Part shown: in pieces, positions 40,031 through 54,741 of the stretch
How the letters are laid out: every line of letters starts with the position of its first letter
Numbering within the stretch: the stretch's first letter is position 1
From: the human T2T-CHM13v2.0 reference genome, Homo sapiens
Strand: one strand, 5' to 3'
Length of the DNA stretch: 64,000 nt
Assembly (NCBI RefSeq): GCF_009914755.1
Contig: NC_060934.1
Made by a program: the position numbers and the translations under genes
The notes under the pieces: model-generated
Databases searched by the model: none
Told to the model about the DNA's origin: nothing
Seen by the model: only the letters and a program-made list of their open reading frames with translations

Positions 40031-41159
40031 GAGAAACGTGCCTAGAACTAATCTTTCTTAACCCAAATCCAACCATTGTTAGAATATAAAATGTGACACT
40101 GTGGAAGATAGTCTATATTATAGGCTTTGACACATGTACTTTACGATACCATATATTCTGATGTCAAAGGTCTTGTTTTAAAGTCAGTAGGTGCTTAAAA
40201 TCCTTAGACTTCTAAACCATTAAAGGAAATTAGGCGCTTTTAAATGGTTAATGAAGATGTTTATGTGCAACTATTGTGATTTGCTCCCTTGACCTTTTAT
40301 ATTTGTTTTATTGTGGATCATTAAAAGGATCTCAAGCAATGCTTTCAAAAACTCTAAGCACTGTTAGCATAATGACTTAGATCATTACTTATGATTTTAT
40401 CTTTCCATTGAGAAATCTTTGTAATAAACCAAGTTCTTAAAATATTGCCAGCTTGTCTAGAAATACAACGCTTAAGATACCTTGTGATATATTAACTGCT
40501 TTTCGTTAGTTTGGTTGCTGGCAAGAGTGCAGGATAAACTAGATGCAATTTTAATAAGGAACAGAGAAACTTGATCATTTTTATTCATGGTATTAAGAAA
40601 GACTAATGATTATAAATGAAATTGACAACTGTGATATTTAACATAACAGATATAAGAAGAATGATTTTAAAATGCCCTCAAAACACAAGACAGCCTCTGT
40701 AGTTACATAAGGAGACTGCAGAGGGTTTGAAGTCCTAGATTTTTCTGATGGTCTTGTCATCTGCATGGAAAAAGTGCTTTGAAATTCTTGGATGAGAATT
40801 TTCAAGTTATAAAGTTAGAATATTTTGCATCTGAGGAGCCATATGATGTGTTTATTTTAGCAATGGTCCTTCAAACTCTCTCAGAAAATTGTGTTTTACT
40901 TACTTTTTTTCCCTTTGCCCCCTTAGAATAGATAGTTCATAGCAGCATCAAATAAACCGAACTTATCACTTGCTACCTTTTTCCGTATTGTTAACACAGC
41001 GGATCTGCATGGTGATGGAGGTTCTGCATATTATTTCAGTTTGCAGTCTGGCTTTTGCTTTCATACCATTCCAACTCATCTGTTCTTAATACTTCCCCAT
41101 GTGGTAATAGGAGTGGAGCCTGGTGTTGAGGGAAACGTACAAAGCTTGTCTGCATCTGT

Positions 41160-41615
41160 GATTGTCAGTCTCAGGCCAGGTAGGAAACAGTGGACTACTC
41201 AAATATGATAACTGAAGAGATCACATGGAAAAATCTATGTGGAAAGGAGTGGGCAGTTTAAGGAAATCAATTTGCAGAAACTGCTGCATCACCCAGGTGT
41301 TAATAATATCAGGGAGCCATTATAACCTCAAGACATGGAGATACAAAGTGGAGAAAAGAGTTCCTTGAATGACCTCATTCGAAGAACTATGGCCTTAGGT
41401 GAAAGAATGCCAAGCTGTCACAGCAGCAAAGGTGCTGAGGGAGTAATCACCCCAACTTTGTTCCCTTGTATTCTCTGGTCTGCTGCCAGGATCCATTGTT
41501 GACTGAATCCACCTAAACACAGAGGAGAAAGGAATTCACTGACGCGGTCAACAAAGTCAGAGTGTAACGAGAACGGCAGAGATGGAATCTGGAGGGCACA
41601 TGGGGGAATGGCTAG
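41160..41615. mobile_element. Old ERVL-class LTR (LTR40/41-like)
   Basis: ctgctgccaggatccattgttgactgaatccacc..gaatctggagggcacatgg; approximate. Confidence 0.4.
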
Positions 41616-41825
41616 CGCATGTACGTACTGGCATGTACGAATGCTAAGATCCATTTCACTTTAAGATTTAGTGACGATTATGTCAGTCAGAGTCCCTCCA
41701 GAGAAAAAATACCCAGTAAAATGGATGGATGGGTGGATGGATGGATGGATGAACAGATAGATAGACAACAGATGATGGATGGGTAGATGTGTAGATATGT
41801 GGAAGATGGATAAGTAGATGAATGG

Positions 41826-42190
41826 AGCTAGGGTCTGAATGTTTATGTCCCTCACAAATATACATGTTGCAATCTAATCATCAATGTCATGGTATTAGGA
41901 GGTGCATCATTGGGAAGTGATACGGTCATGAGGGCAGAATCATCATGATTGGGGTTAGTATTCTTATAAAAAATACTGCAGAAGCTCCTTTTCCCCTTCT
42001 ACCATATGAGGTCACACAGAGAGAAGGTTCCATCTGTGAACTAGGAAGCAAACCTTCACCAGATGCCAAATCTGTTGACTCCTTGATCTTAGATAGTCCA
42101 GCCTCCAGAACTATGAGAAATAAAGTTCTGTTGTTTATAAGATACCTAGTTTATGGTATTTTGTTATAGTAGCCTAAATAGATTAAGACA
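41826..42190 (+). mobile_element. MLT1A0/MSTD-like MaLR solo LTR
   Basis: gctagggtctgaatgtttatgtccc..ccagcctccagaactatgagaaataaa..gattaagaca; TSD aatgg/gatgg. Confidence 0.9.
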
Positions 42191-42227
42191 GATGGGTAGA
42201 GAAATAGAAATAGAGATATAGAACAAT

Positions 42228-42281
<54 letters not shown>

Positions 42282-42287
42282 CAGACA
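42228..42287 (+). repeat. (GATA)13(GACA)2 tetranucleotide STR
   Basis: Direct count. Confidence 0.98.
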
Positions 42288-42712
42288 AACATAGAGAGAG
42301 AGAGACACAGAGAGATTGATAGATATTGAAAGAAATTGGCTTACATGATTGTGAGAGTTGCCTAGGCGAGTCCAAAATTTATATAGCAGGCAATTACCAT
42401 GGATAAGACAGAGACACTTGGGGAGGAGATGAAGCTATTATCCACTAATGGAATTCCTTCTTCCTCAGGGAAGTATCAGTTCTGCAAATAAGGCTTCCTT
42501 CGAGGAGGACCAAGACAACTAAACACAATCACCAGCCTCAAAAAAGCTTATCTTCCAAGGGGGATAGAGCAAAGGACTCAACAATTAAAACAGGATGTGG
42601 TGAGTGTCATGGCAGAGATAAGCCTGGCATGCAACAGAAACACTGAGAATGGGTAACTAAATTTGGCCTGAGTCTGCACTTCTTGGAGGAATCCATATAC
42701 AGTATTCCCCCC

Positions 42713-42895
42713 TTCTTTTAGTTCCCTTTGTGTTGCTAAAAAGGAACACTGGCACTGGGTAATTTATACAGAGGCTTATTTTGACTCATGGTTCTATAGA
42801 GTATATAAGAAGCCTGGGGCCAGCATCCGCCTGGGTGACAGAGAGAGACTGTCTCAAAAAAAAAAAAAAAACAGAAAAGAAAGAAGAAAGAAATT
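42713..42895. mobile_element. MST LTR end (minus, 42713-42828) fused to an Alu 3' tail (plus, 42829-42895)
   Basis: tgtgttgctaaaaaggaacac..gactcatggttct..cagcatcc|gcctgggtgacagagagagactgtctc-A16. Confidence 0.85.
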
Positions 42896-43049
42896 CTGCT
42901 GTGTGACATAAATAGAACAAAATAATTAACAGTAATAATAACAATATTGTTAAGCTCTAAATAATGTAAGGAAACTCAACAGCACAAAAGAAGGGTCTAC
43001 AAAATAACCAGAACCACTAGCTGCTATTGAAGATCCATGACAGAATGTG

Positions 43050-44200
43050 CAAATCATTCAAGAGAAGCCACTAAAATGATTTGCTGGCTTTAGAGTAAAG
43101 AAGACAAAACACTAATAAATCCTTTCAATAGATTCAAAAATAATTTGTAATTTACAACTGTTTCTGTTGAAAACTGTTAGACTTGGGATAATGGATACTT
43201 TCTTAATGACATATGTTAGAAAACAGCAGCAAAAATAATAATAATGACAGGTTTCCAATACAATCAGAAATAAAAAATAGTAGAGGAGGAAGAGAAAAAA
43301 ATGTCTCTATATTTAGACTTAAAAAGGCATGACAATCAATAGAAAAATAATGAAAAATTATAGATGAGTTTGAGTGTGACTGGATGCCAGAATAACATAC
43401 AGAAATTAATGATTCTCAATGTATTAGTGATCGCAATTTTGTAAAAATAAAAGAAATAAGATTCCTTTCTCAAAATACACAAAATATCTAGGATTAAACC
43501 TAGGAAGAAAAGAATACAGTTTAAAGAAAGAAAGCTATAACATTTTACTGATAGATTAAAAAAGTAATTTAAGAACAAGAAACACTGTTTCTGAGTGAAA
43601 GTTTTAACATTGTAAACAGTATTGAAGCTTTTCATTAGGAACACAACAGGGTGGCTAGTTAATAATAACTGAATTGTATATTTTAAAATAAAGAGCATAA
43701 TTGGATTGTTTGTAACTCAAAGGATAAATCCTTGATGGGTACCCCATTCTCCATGAAGTGCTTATTTCATATTTTATACCTATATCCAAACATCCAATGT
43801 ATCACACAAATATATACATCTACTATGTACCCACAAAAATTAAAACAGAGACATATCAACCTTTGAAAAAAAAAGAGAGAAAAGTTTCCATATTACAAAG
43901 AGCAAATTTCCTTTAAAATTAATCCATATATTCAATCTAACCACAATCAAAATCTCTAAGGGATATTTGAAATGAAATTTTACAGGTTGATTCTGCAGTT
44001 CAATCTGGAATGATAATATGTAAATAAATATCAGATGAATTAAACTTAAAAATGAAACCATTTATTAGACAGAAAATATTAGAACATAAAATGTATCTTT
44101 GCCATATTGCATTAGAAAATTCCTCCCTAAATAAGACACTAAATCCAGAAGCCATAAAGACTAATGACAGATAGGACTACGTATAAATATGAAACATCTC
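43050..44200 (+). mobile_element. Old L1M ORF2 fragments with a nested L1MA1-3-like 3' end (~43638-43845)
   Basis: ttggattgtttgtaactcaaaggataaat..tactatgtacccacaaaaattaaaa; flanks are ORF2-like. Confidence 0.75.
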
Positions 44201-46512
44201 CATAAATGGGTTTTGAGGCCCAAAGACATGTAGGAAGATTTGTTGGCTATTTAATATGTAAAGAGGTGGCATCCTACTGAGAACCACTCACTTTGGTAGT
44301 CCAGGTAGCTAGCAACAGGCACCCCGGCAGACTCCTGTGATTCCAGTTCTTTCTGGTTTCCTGAAGGCTAGTTCTTGGCATCAGGGGTCTCTATTGCCCA
44401 GTCATTCTAATGGTTTTGCAAACATCGACTTCTCCATCAAATTCCTTCCTTTTTAACATACCAGGATTATTTCTATTGGTCTGATTGATCCTGATTAATA
44501 TGAATTTTCTCTGAAGAGAGACAGAGACTCACATTTATCCTATTCTCCATCTCAGCAACTTTATAGGACATGAGTGTCATGCTGATAAATGGCGGTTGAG
44601 AGGCTGCACCCTCCACTCTGCTTTTCCTCTTTTTCTCCTAAGCAGGATGGCTAATTCCACCCATACGTTCACTTCCATCTTTATCTCCAGCCCCTTCTCA
44701 TGACATCACCTTATCACACATAGAATAGTACTCAAAGTCTGTCTAGGTCCGCTCCAGAGCCCTTCCACGGTACAGTTAATTACCTGGCTCTCCCAAAATA
44801 TTGATCTTAAAATCACTACTTAGCAGAATTCTCACAGTTTATTTTCTGTGATGTGTGTGCTTGATTTTTGTAAGCATTAGCTAATAAGCACATGATTCAA
44901 ATTACAGTTTTTTCTGATACTTCTTTACTTTTTTTTTTTTTTTTTACCTTTGGCTTATAGTTTTACTCTTTTCCATTATTAGGAATTAGGACAGAAAAAG
45001 AGACAGGAGAGAGAGAGAAAAAAAAGAAAGAGAGATATGAGAAAGAGAGAGGTAAGAGAGAAGAGAGAGAGGTAATTATTTTCCTTAATTTTTAGATGCC
45101 ATTTTTGATGGCATGTCACCATTATAAAAAGAGCCCTTTGCTAGACAGAATTCAGAAAACACTCATAGACCTCATTTGATATATCTCTCATCGATAAAGC
45201 CTATGTTTCTATTTCACCTCATCAAGAAATCCTAATAGATTGTAAGCTCATTTCTCATCTTTTATCTTTTTTCCTCCTTCTCCTGCTGGGAAAGCCTTCT
45301 AAGTCATTTGAGGATAACAAGTAATAAAAATCTAGTTATTTGATGAAGAACAGTCCATTGGAATGCCAGGCATAGTAGGTCAATAATTACTCAGAAGTAA
45401 ACAAATTGACTTACTTTCAAACATAGAAGAAGCAAAAGAAAATTTTCTGCAAATTATAAAGAGGGAATATATTATCCTAATTATCCTTCCAAAACATAAT
45501 GCTGGAAAATAAGTATCTCTTCAGTTGCCATTGTTGGCAATGCAGAAATCTCAAAACAATAGCCTGCATTTTAAACGTGTTCTGTATGTATTATTGATAC
45601 CTTCCTATTATCTAAAGTACATACGTGAATTATGATATAGAAAGCAAACCTTTTGCCCAACATTAGCTTTTTTTCCCACCTAAAGATAAAAGCCTACAGA
45701 ATTAAAGGCTATCACATAGCAACCAGCAGAGAGCAGTAGAGAACTTCTCGAGTGCCTGCTGCTAAGCTCTTTGTTTCTGCTGTTTTAACTTTGTGTATAG
45801 AACAATCATTGAGCTGTCAGGCTAAATTAGCACAGAAATTCATGGAATCTGTTCAATCCAAACCACCTCCTTTTCCCAAAAATTGTTCTGCAGTTTACTG
45901 TAGCACATTAAGTTATGAAAGGGATATTTGCATGTTCTAAATTAATTTGATGGAAAATACGAAAAGGCAAAGAAAAGCAACATGGCCTTTGAAATTGCTT
46001 ACATTATTCATATGGGAAATTCTTTAGCATAGGATGGTTCTAAGCTATGATCAAGTGGTGCTAACCCAAGCTTTCTTCTTTAGTGACTTGGCATTTAATA
46101 TTATGTATGTATGTATTTTGGACTAAGCCTCTTCCGATAAAATCAAGTAGAAAATGAAAACCATCCTAACTGACTTCCCTTTAACATAGTTTTGCATTGA
46201 CTGCATGATATATTTCAGAGTGGTGTTCTAGGTAAGGAGAGGAAAAAAACACAAAAAAGTCAGTCTTAAAAATCCTCAAGTCATTCAAAGACCATGCTGC
46301 CCTTGTTCGTATACACATTATTTGCACTGAATCTCCTGTAACACTCTGGTAAGAAATGACTAAAGAAATTTTAAATCCATTTAATTCATTAAATAAAAAT
46401 AATATCTTATTCTGTCATAATTCTATTCAATTCAATTCCCATCAAATCAATGAAATTAAAGTTATTGTGCTGCTGTTCTGATTAGGCCACAAACTTTTCA
46501 GGGTTCTATAAT

Positions 46513-46837
<325 letters not shown>

Positions 46838-46934
46838 TGAGGGGTAGAGAGAACATTGGCTAAAACATTTGAAAATTGCTTGTGGCTTTGATCTGGATAC
46901 TTAATGTGGTGTGCTGCTGAAAGTTTTATTGCAT

Positions 46935-47450
46935 CTTGAGATGCTTGAATGTAAGCAACAGAAAACAACTTTAGCCAATTTAGACAATTAATATTTATTT
47001 AAAAGAATACTTCATAGCTCATAAAATCTCTGAGAGGCCTGGAGACCTACCTGGTCTTGGAGCACAAGGAGTCAGGAACCGCACCTGCAGGTATACTATA
47101 AACTGGTTTCAAGAACACACCTTAGGAATGATATCATAGGCATCAACAATGCGCAGGGTGGAGTGCTGAAAGAGAGCTGCTGTCCTTGCTGTCTACAGAA
47201 ACCAGCACTACCTTCTTCTACTGCCGCCATCCTTGACAGAACGGATTTGGTACATTTATGCCTCCCTGCACCTCTAGCTTCTGTTTCAAAGACTGAGGTT
47301 GGCCTATTGATGACTACAGCCTAGAACATGTTCCCATATCTTCCCTACAGGGGAAGAGGGGGAGTGAACATTTTGACTGACGCTGCCCTGGTGGTTAGTA
47401 GGCTTTGCTACCTCAGGTGCTAATTCCTCACAGGTGAAAAGGGTATTCGC
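46935..47450. mobile_element. Old MLT1 (K/L/N-type) LTR remnant
   Basis: tgtaagcaacagaaaacaactttagccaattta..atttatt..tagctcataaaatc. Confidence 0.5.
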
Positions 47451-47970
47451 ATCAGGTGACAGGAGCAATGGCATAGATCTACAACATATACTCCTCAGCA
47501 GCTGAAATTCATTTAGCACAGATCTATACATTTCGTACTGGGTTCCAGTAATAATGTAGTTGCTGAGGATACAACCATGAACAGTACAGATCAAGATACT
47601 TGCCACTGTGGAGTTTACATTCAGGCAGGGGAGGAAATACTAAAACAAGAGACCACATAAATTAATAAATTATAGAGTTTTGTTGGATAGTTAAAAAATA
47701 AATTATAATGATTAAAGTACCTTTAGAGAGAGATGTTGGGGGAGAGAGAGAAGGGAAGGTAGGTGGAAAGATGCTTTCACCTAACCAAACCTATCCCTTA
47801 TAAAAATAAATCATTCCCTAATCAGGGTCAACTCAAAAGTCTCCTAGGATAGCATAAACAAATCCAAGTTAAGGATTTCTAGTTATGGCCACTTCTTTAT
47901 TTCAATTATGATTCAGATTCCCTATTCTGTAATGTTATTGGTCCATAGGTCATCATTTTCCTTCAGTAGT

Positions 47971-48259
<289 letters not shown>

Positions 48260-49560
48260 CCTTCATTAGCTTTTTAATGTCTACAAGATCAGTGGTAATG
48301 GTTCCTCTTTGATTTCTAATATTGTAATGCATGTCTTCTCTCTGGCTTTTGTTAGTGTCACTAAAGGTTTAAAAATTTTATTTATCTTTTCATAGAGCAA
48401 CATTAGGTTTCATTGATTTTCTCTATTGTTTTTCACTCTTTAATTTCATTGATTCTGCTTGAATTTCCATTTGGGCTGCAACTTCAAATATACTTCAAAT
48501 ATACATTCTCTACATTCCAAAAATGGAGGGGTAGGCTATTGATTTTAAACCTTTCTTCTTTTCCAATGCATGCAGTGGATGCTATACATTTCCCTCTAAG
48601 CACTGCTTTTGCTGCATCTCACAAATATTGATGTTTTATGTTCATTTTTATTTAGTCCAAATAGTTACAAATTTATCTTGAGATTTCTTTGACCCATGTG
48701 TTAGAAGTGTGTTATTGAATATTCAAGTATTAATAGTTTGGGATTTTCCAGCTATCTTTCCGTGATTGTTTTCCAGTTTAATTCCATTGTGGTTTGGGAG
48801 CAGACACTGTATGATTTCTATTGTTTTAAACTTGTTGAGGTGTGTTTTATGGACCAGGATGTGGTCTATCTTGAGGAATGTTAATGTGAACTCAAGAAGA
48901 ATGTGTGTTCTGCTGATATTGGATACAGTATTCTATAAATATCAACAGATCTAGTTGATTAATAGTGCTGTTCATATCGTACACATCCTTTCTGACTTCT
49001 GTCTGCCTGATCTATTATTTAGACAGAGGGTTAAATTCTCCAGCTGTAACAGTGGATTTTCCTGTTTCTCTTTTGAGTTCTGCTAGTCTTTGTCTCATGA
49101 ATTTTAATATTTGCTCTCTTGTTAAGTGCTTAGAGCTTTAAGACTGTTAAATCTTCTTGGAAAATTGATAACTTTATCACTATGTAATCCTCTCCTTTAT
49201 CTGCAACCATCTTCCTTGATGTGGCATTTGATTTGTCTGCAAGTCATTTTGCTACTACAGTTTCCCTTTGACTACTGTTAGTGCGATACATCCTTTTTTA
49301 TCTCTTTAAACCATATATGTCTACATGTCTAAAGCAGACTTCTTGTAGAAAACAAAGAATTAGGGCCTTTAAAAACAATTACTCTGTCTTTTAATCAGTG
49401 CACATAGAACATTCACATTTGAAGTGATTATTGATATACTTGGGCCAATATCTACTATGTTTGTAACTGTTTTCTATTTATGTGCTTGTTCTTTGTTTCT
49501 ATTTTTGTCTTCTCTTTTTCTGCATTCTTTGATTTTAATTGACCATTTTATATGATTCCA

Positions 49561-49661
49561 TTGTCTCATGTATTTGTTCATGTATTTGCTCTGTCGTTAA
49601 GTGTTTAGAGCTTTAAGATGGTTGAATCTTCTTGGAAAATTGATGACTTTATCACTATATA
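49561..49661 (+). repeat. ~100-bp direct copy of 49090-49186 within the L1
   Basis: 79-bp core (49108-49186 vs 49583-49661) 71/79 identical, preceded in both by ttgtctcatg. Confidence 0.92.
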
Positions 49662-50384
49662 GTTTCTCCTTTCTCAACATATTAATTACGCCTCTTTGAA
49701 ACAATTTTTTAGTTGTTGATCTAGAGTTTGCAATATACATCTATAACTAATCTAAGTCAAATATCTCTATCCTATTTCATGGGTAATGTCAGCATCACCA
49801 AACAAAGTGGTCCCAAATACTCTTCCTCTTTTCCTTATAACATTGCTTTCATTTATTTTGTTTATCTATAAGTAAAAATTACCTAATATATTTTTTGCTA
49901 TAATTTATTTGGAACAGTTGCCTATTATATCAAGTAATAAAAAATTAAATGATTTTATTTTACCATTATTAATTCCTTCTTTGATGATCTTTTACTTAAA
50001 AAAATATGTAAATTCCTATTCTATATCATTTTACTTCTTCCTGAAGAACTTCATTTCTTGCAGGGTAAGTCTTCTGATCATGAATTCCCTCAATTTTCAT
50101 ATGCCTCAGAAAGATTTTATTTCTCCTTCACTTTTAAATAATAATTTTACTGGGTATGAAATTCTAGATTTTTTTTCTTTCAACACATAAAAAATTCACT
50201 TCCATTCTCTTCTTGATTGCAGAATTTCTGATGAGAAGTCCAATGTAATATTTTTCTTGTTCCACTATAGGTAAGACTTTTTCCCTCTGACTTCTTTCGA
50301 CATTATTACATTTTGTTTGTTTTCCTACAGTTTGAATAGGATATGCCTACGTGTAGATTTTTGTTATCTGTCTTTCTTGGTGTT

Positions 50385-50748
50385 TGATATGGTTTGGCTG
50401 TGTCCCCACCCAAATTTCATCTTGAATTGTAGCTCCCATAATTCCCACATGTTGTGAGAGGGACCCAGTGTGGGGTAAATGAATCATGGTGGCAGTTTCC
50501 CCCATACTGTCCTCCTGGTAGTGAATAAGTCTCATGAGATCTGATGGTTTTATAAGGGGAAACCCCTTTCACTTGGTTCTCATTTTCTATCCTGCCTGCT
50601 GCCATGTAAGATGTCCCCGTCACCTTCCACCATGATTGTGAGGCCTCCCCAGCCACGTGGAACTGTGAGTCCATTAAACCTTTTTTTCTTTATAAATTAC
50701 CCAGCCTCAGGTATGTCTTTATCAGCAGCATGAGAACAGACTAACACA
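50385..50748 (+). mobile_element. THE1B-like MaLR solo LTR
   Basis: TGATATGGTTTGGCTGTGTCCCCACCCAAAT..gactaacaca; perfect 5-bp TSD gtgtt. Confidence 0.96.
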
Positions 50749-52003
50749 GTGTTCTCTGAGCTTCCTGGATCTGTGGTTTGATGTCTGTCATTAGTTTTAG
50801 TACATTCTTTGCTATTATTACTTTAAATATTTCATCTTCTCCTTTCCCTAGGTCTTCTCTTTCTATTATTAGCGTTATGTTTATTTACATCATTTGCAAT
50901 TGTTCTATAGCTCTTGGATATTTATTTTTTTCATTATTTTTTCTATTTGTGTTTTAGTCTTAAAAGTTTCTATTAGAATATCTTCAAGCTCAATTATTTT
51001 CTCTTTGGCCTTGTGCAGTTCACAGCTGAGCCCATGGAAGGTATTCCTTTTTTCTTTATTTACCATAGTCTGATGTGTGCAATTTTTTTCCTAATTCTTT
51101 CTTAGAGTTTCCATTCCTCTTCTGACATTACCCACCTGTTCTTTCATGTTTTCTACTTTTTCACTGGATTTCTTAACATACCAATGTTTGTTATTTAAAA
51201 GTATATATTTAATAATTCAAAATCTGATTTGTATCTCAGTCTGTTTCTGATGCTTTGTCTCTTCAGACTGTGTTTTGTAAATTGCCTTATAATTTTACTT
51301 GAAAGCTGGATATACTATATTGGGTAATAGAAGGTATATAAGCCTTAGTTGGAGGTTTTATGTTAATCCAGCCAGAAGCTCAGCTCTGTCTAACGTTTGC
51401 TTACAACTGTAGGTAACAGAGGCTTCCATTTATATTATCGATTTTTTTCTTTCTGTAGTTGCTAGTTGTCTATGTTTTCCTAAGAACTTTCTTAAATAGA
51501 TTGTCTTTTAGCTCCCTCAGCTTTAATACATTTTCATTTTATTGAAGCCCTACTGATGTGGTGTTAGCAGGAAGGGGAGTAGACATATTCTATAAATTTA
51601 TGATTAAATCTGGTTTTAGTAGCCAGGAGTGTCTGGACTGTGATCTTCGGAAGTGTTTATTATTCTTTTTCCTCCCTTCTCCTAGTAGAGACAGAAAAGC
51701 TATAGGGGCCTGGTGTTCAGTACTTTGCTTTTCCAGGTAGATAAGGCTCTGATAAAGTTGTTTTCCTTTGGGAAATAGACTTTCGTTCAGACAAACACTC
51801 TGGGCGTAATTCCAAATGGTTTCTTTCCTCTCTCTCTCCTGAAAGCAGAGGAGGTTCTTCTCAGATATTCAACATGAGAGGCCAGTGGAATTACTGGAGC
51901 TAAAACCCACACAACTGTAAAACCCCCAAGACTGGAGCCAATCCATGTCCAAGCGAATGTACACTCAGCCCCTAGAAATTTGTCAAAATTATCATTACAT
52001 TTT

Positions 52004-52382
52004 TCTATTAGTCTCTTCTCACATTGCTATAAAGAACTACTTGAGATTGGGTAACTTATAAAGAAAAGAGGTTTAATTGGTTCACAGTACCACAGGCTGT
52101 ACAGGAAGCATGCTGGGAGGCCTCAGGAAACTTAATCGTGGTGGAAGCTGAAAGGAAAGTGAGTACATTTACATGGGTGGAGAAGGAGCAAGAGAGAGAA
52201 GAGGGAGATGCCACACACTTTTCAACAACCAGATCCCATGAGAACTCACTCACTATCATGAGAACAGCAAGGGGAACATCCATCCCCATGATCCAATCAC
52301 CTCCCACCGGGCCCCTTCTCCCACACTGGGGATTAAAATTCGACATGAGATTTGGCTGGGGACACGGATCCAAATCATGTAA
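52004..52382 (-). mobile_element. MSTA-like MaLR solo LTR
   Basis: attagtctcttctcacattgctataaagaactac..ggctgtacaggaagcatg..ggggacacggatccaaa. Confidence 0.92.
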
Positions 52383-52508
52383 TCATGTCAATTTTCCTAT
52401 CAGTTTATGGCTCTAGGGCTTCTGCTCCAGGTGAACTGATTTGTTGCTATTCTCTGTAACCTGTCCCTTCAGATTTTGAAGTAGCATTTACCCTGTAACC
52501 TCAATTAA

Positions 52509-52835
<327 letters not shown>

Positions 52836-52879
52836 TAGTGGTTAAACAGGAAAAACCTGCCAAAATAATGCTGAGTATG

Positions 52880-53212
<333 letters not shown>

Positions 53213-54348
53213 CTAGAATGGTTAAAGACCAGGTTTTGAGACTCTGCAGCCAAGGGTATGCCCAGGTTACATGCATAACTGGTCCCCTGAAGACAATGCC
53301 ACTGCTGGGAGGGGTGCACCTCCCAACAGCACTGGTGTTGGTACTGATGCTGACGCCTCTGTCTCTGGAAACTGCTTTCACCTCCATCACAAGTGACTCT
53401 TTACGGTTTCTGGTTCTGTGTGTCACTAGCTTGATTCAAAGTTGTGAGCAAGTGGGTTTGATAAGTTCAGCCAGATCCTATGCCCATACTTCAGCTTCAA
53501 GGGTAGATGGGAAATCACCTTTGTCATTTTCAACTTCTAAAGTGGGAAGCAGGCTCTGTCTTATGAGCTGGAGAGCTTTTCAAATACAGGAGGGAGTTCA
53601 GATGCCTGGGATCTCAAAACAAACAGAATTTCACTCCGACTGGTCGATTCACGCCTGTCATGTTGACTCTTATGTTACAGTAAGTTTGTTAAATAATGGT
53701 TTTGCATTTCTTCAGAGTTCAAATAATCCTGGTAACCATTAACTGGCATCAGATGATAACTTCAGGATTAAAGTAGGAAGCTTACAGGGATGTACTGAGT
53801 ATCACTAGTGGCAGGCTTTGCTTTTGAACAATTCTGAACAGACATTTATTTTTTATGTATGTAACTTTTTTGTTGTTGATCTCTTGCAGCTTTGACAAAA
53901 TCTGTGATATTGTCCTGTCTAATTGTTATTTATTTAGTACATGAAGAGGTAGGCTTATCTAGTGTTCTATTCATTCAAAGAGATCTAACTGGAATTAGTT
54001 GAATCACAACTTATTGAGAAATTATTCCACTATCAAGCATCACCTGGCCTTGCTTTATTCTTATTTTTTTGCCTGCCACTGGTATTACAAAGTACTAAGT
54101 TACCCAAACGCTTTAGCTTATCACACAAAGCCTTGAACTATCTCTCCTCAACCTCATTTTTTCAAACTCATCTCTTTCCAATATTTCTGTTCACCCTGCA
54201 TCCTACATTCTAGCCACACAAAAAACATGGCTTTCTGCTTCTAGCCATTTCCTTCTGATGGACCCTTCTCTCCCACCTCTTTCCACCAATAATAGTTTAT
54301 TTTTCTTGTATACACAACACCTTCCTATTCCATTTATCTAAAGTAAGG

Positions 54349-54741
54349 TGTTATGGATAGAATTGTGTCTCCCCAAAATCTGTATGTTGGCATTCTAACC
54401 CCCAATGTGACTATGCTTGGAGATAAGGTCTTTAGAGAGGTAATGAAGGCTAAAGGAGTTTGCAAGGGTGAGACTTAATCTGAAGGACCAGTGTCTGTAT
54501 AAGAAGAGGAGAAGACACCACCTCTCCTTCTCTCTTCAGGCGTGCACAGAAGGGCCATTTGAGGACACAGCAAGAAGGCAGCTGTCTGCAAGCTAAAAAC
54601 AGAGCCCTCTTCAGAAACCAAATCTACTAGCACCTTGATCTGGGACTTCTAGCCTCCAGAACTGTGAGGAAATAAGAGCCTGTTGTTTAAGCCACACAGT
54701 CTATGGCATTTTGTCATGGAAGTCCTGACAGACTAATTACA
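54349..54741 (+). mobile_element. MLT1B-like MaLR solo LTR
   Basis: TGTTATGGATAGAATTGTGTCTCCCCAAAA..ggagataaggtcttta..gcctccagaactgtgag..gactaattaca. Confidence 0.92.

Larger units (their letters stand above)
41679..42500 (-). mobile_element. MLT2-like LTR hosting (GGAT)n/(GATA)n and a nested MLT1A
   Basis: gtcagtcagagtccctccagagaaa..; aagaaattggcttacatgattgtg..aattccttcttcctcagggaa. Confidence 0.75.

Noticed and set aside
53218-53742. Longest ORF (174 aa)
   Set aside because: No recognisable domain, and it lies in decayed MLT1-like LTR sequence next to an Alu; consistent with chance
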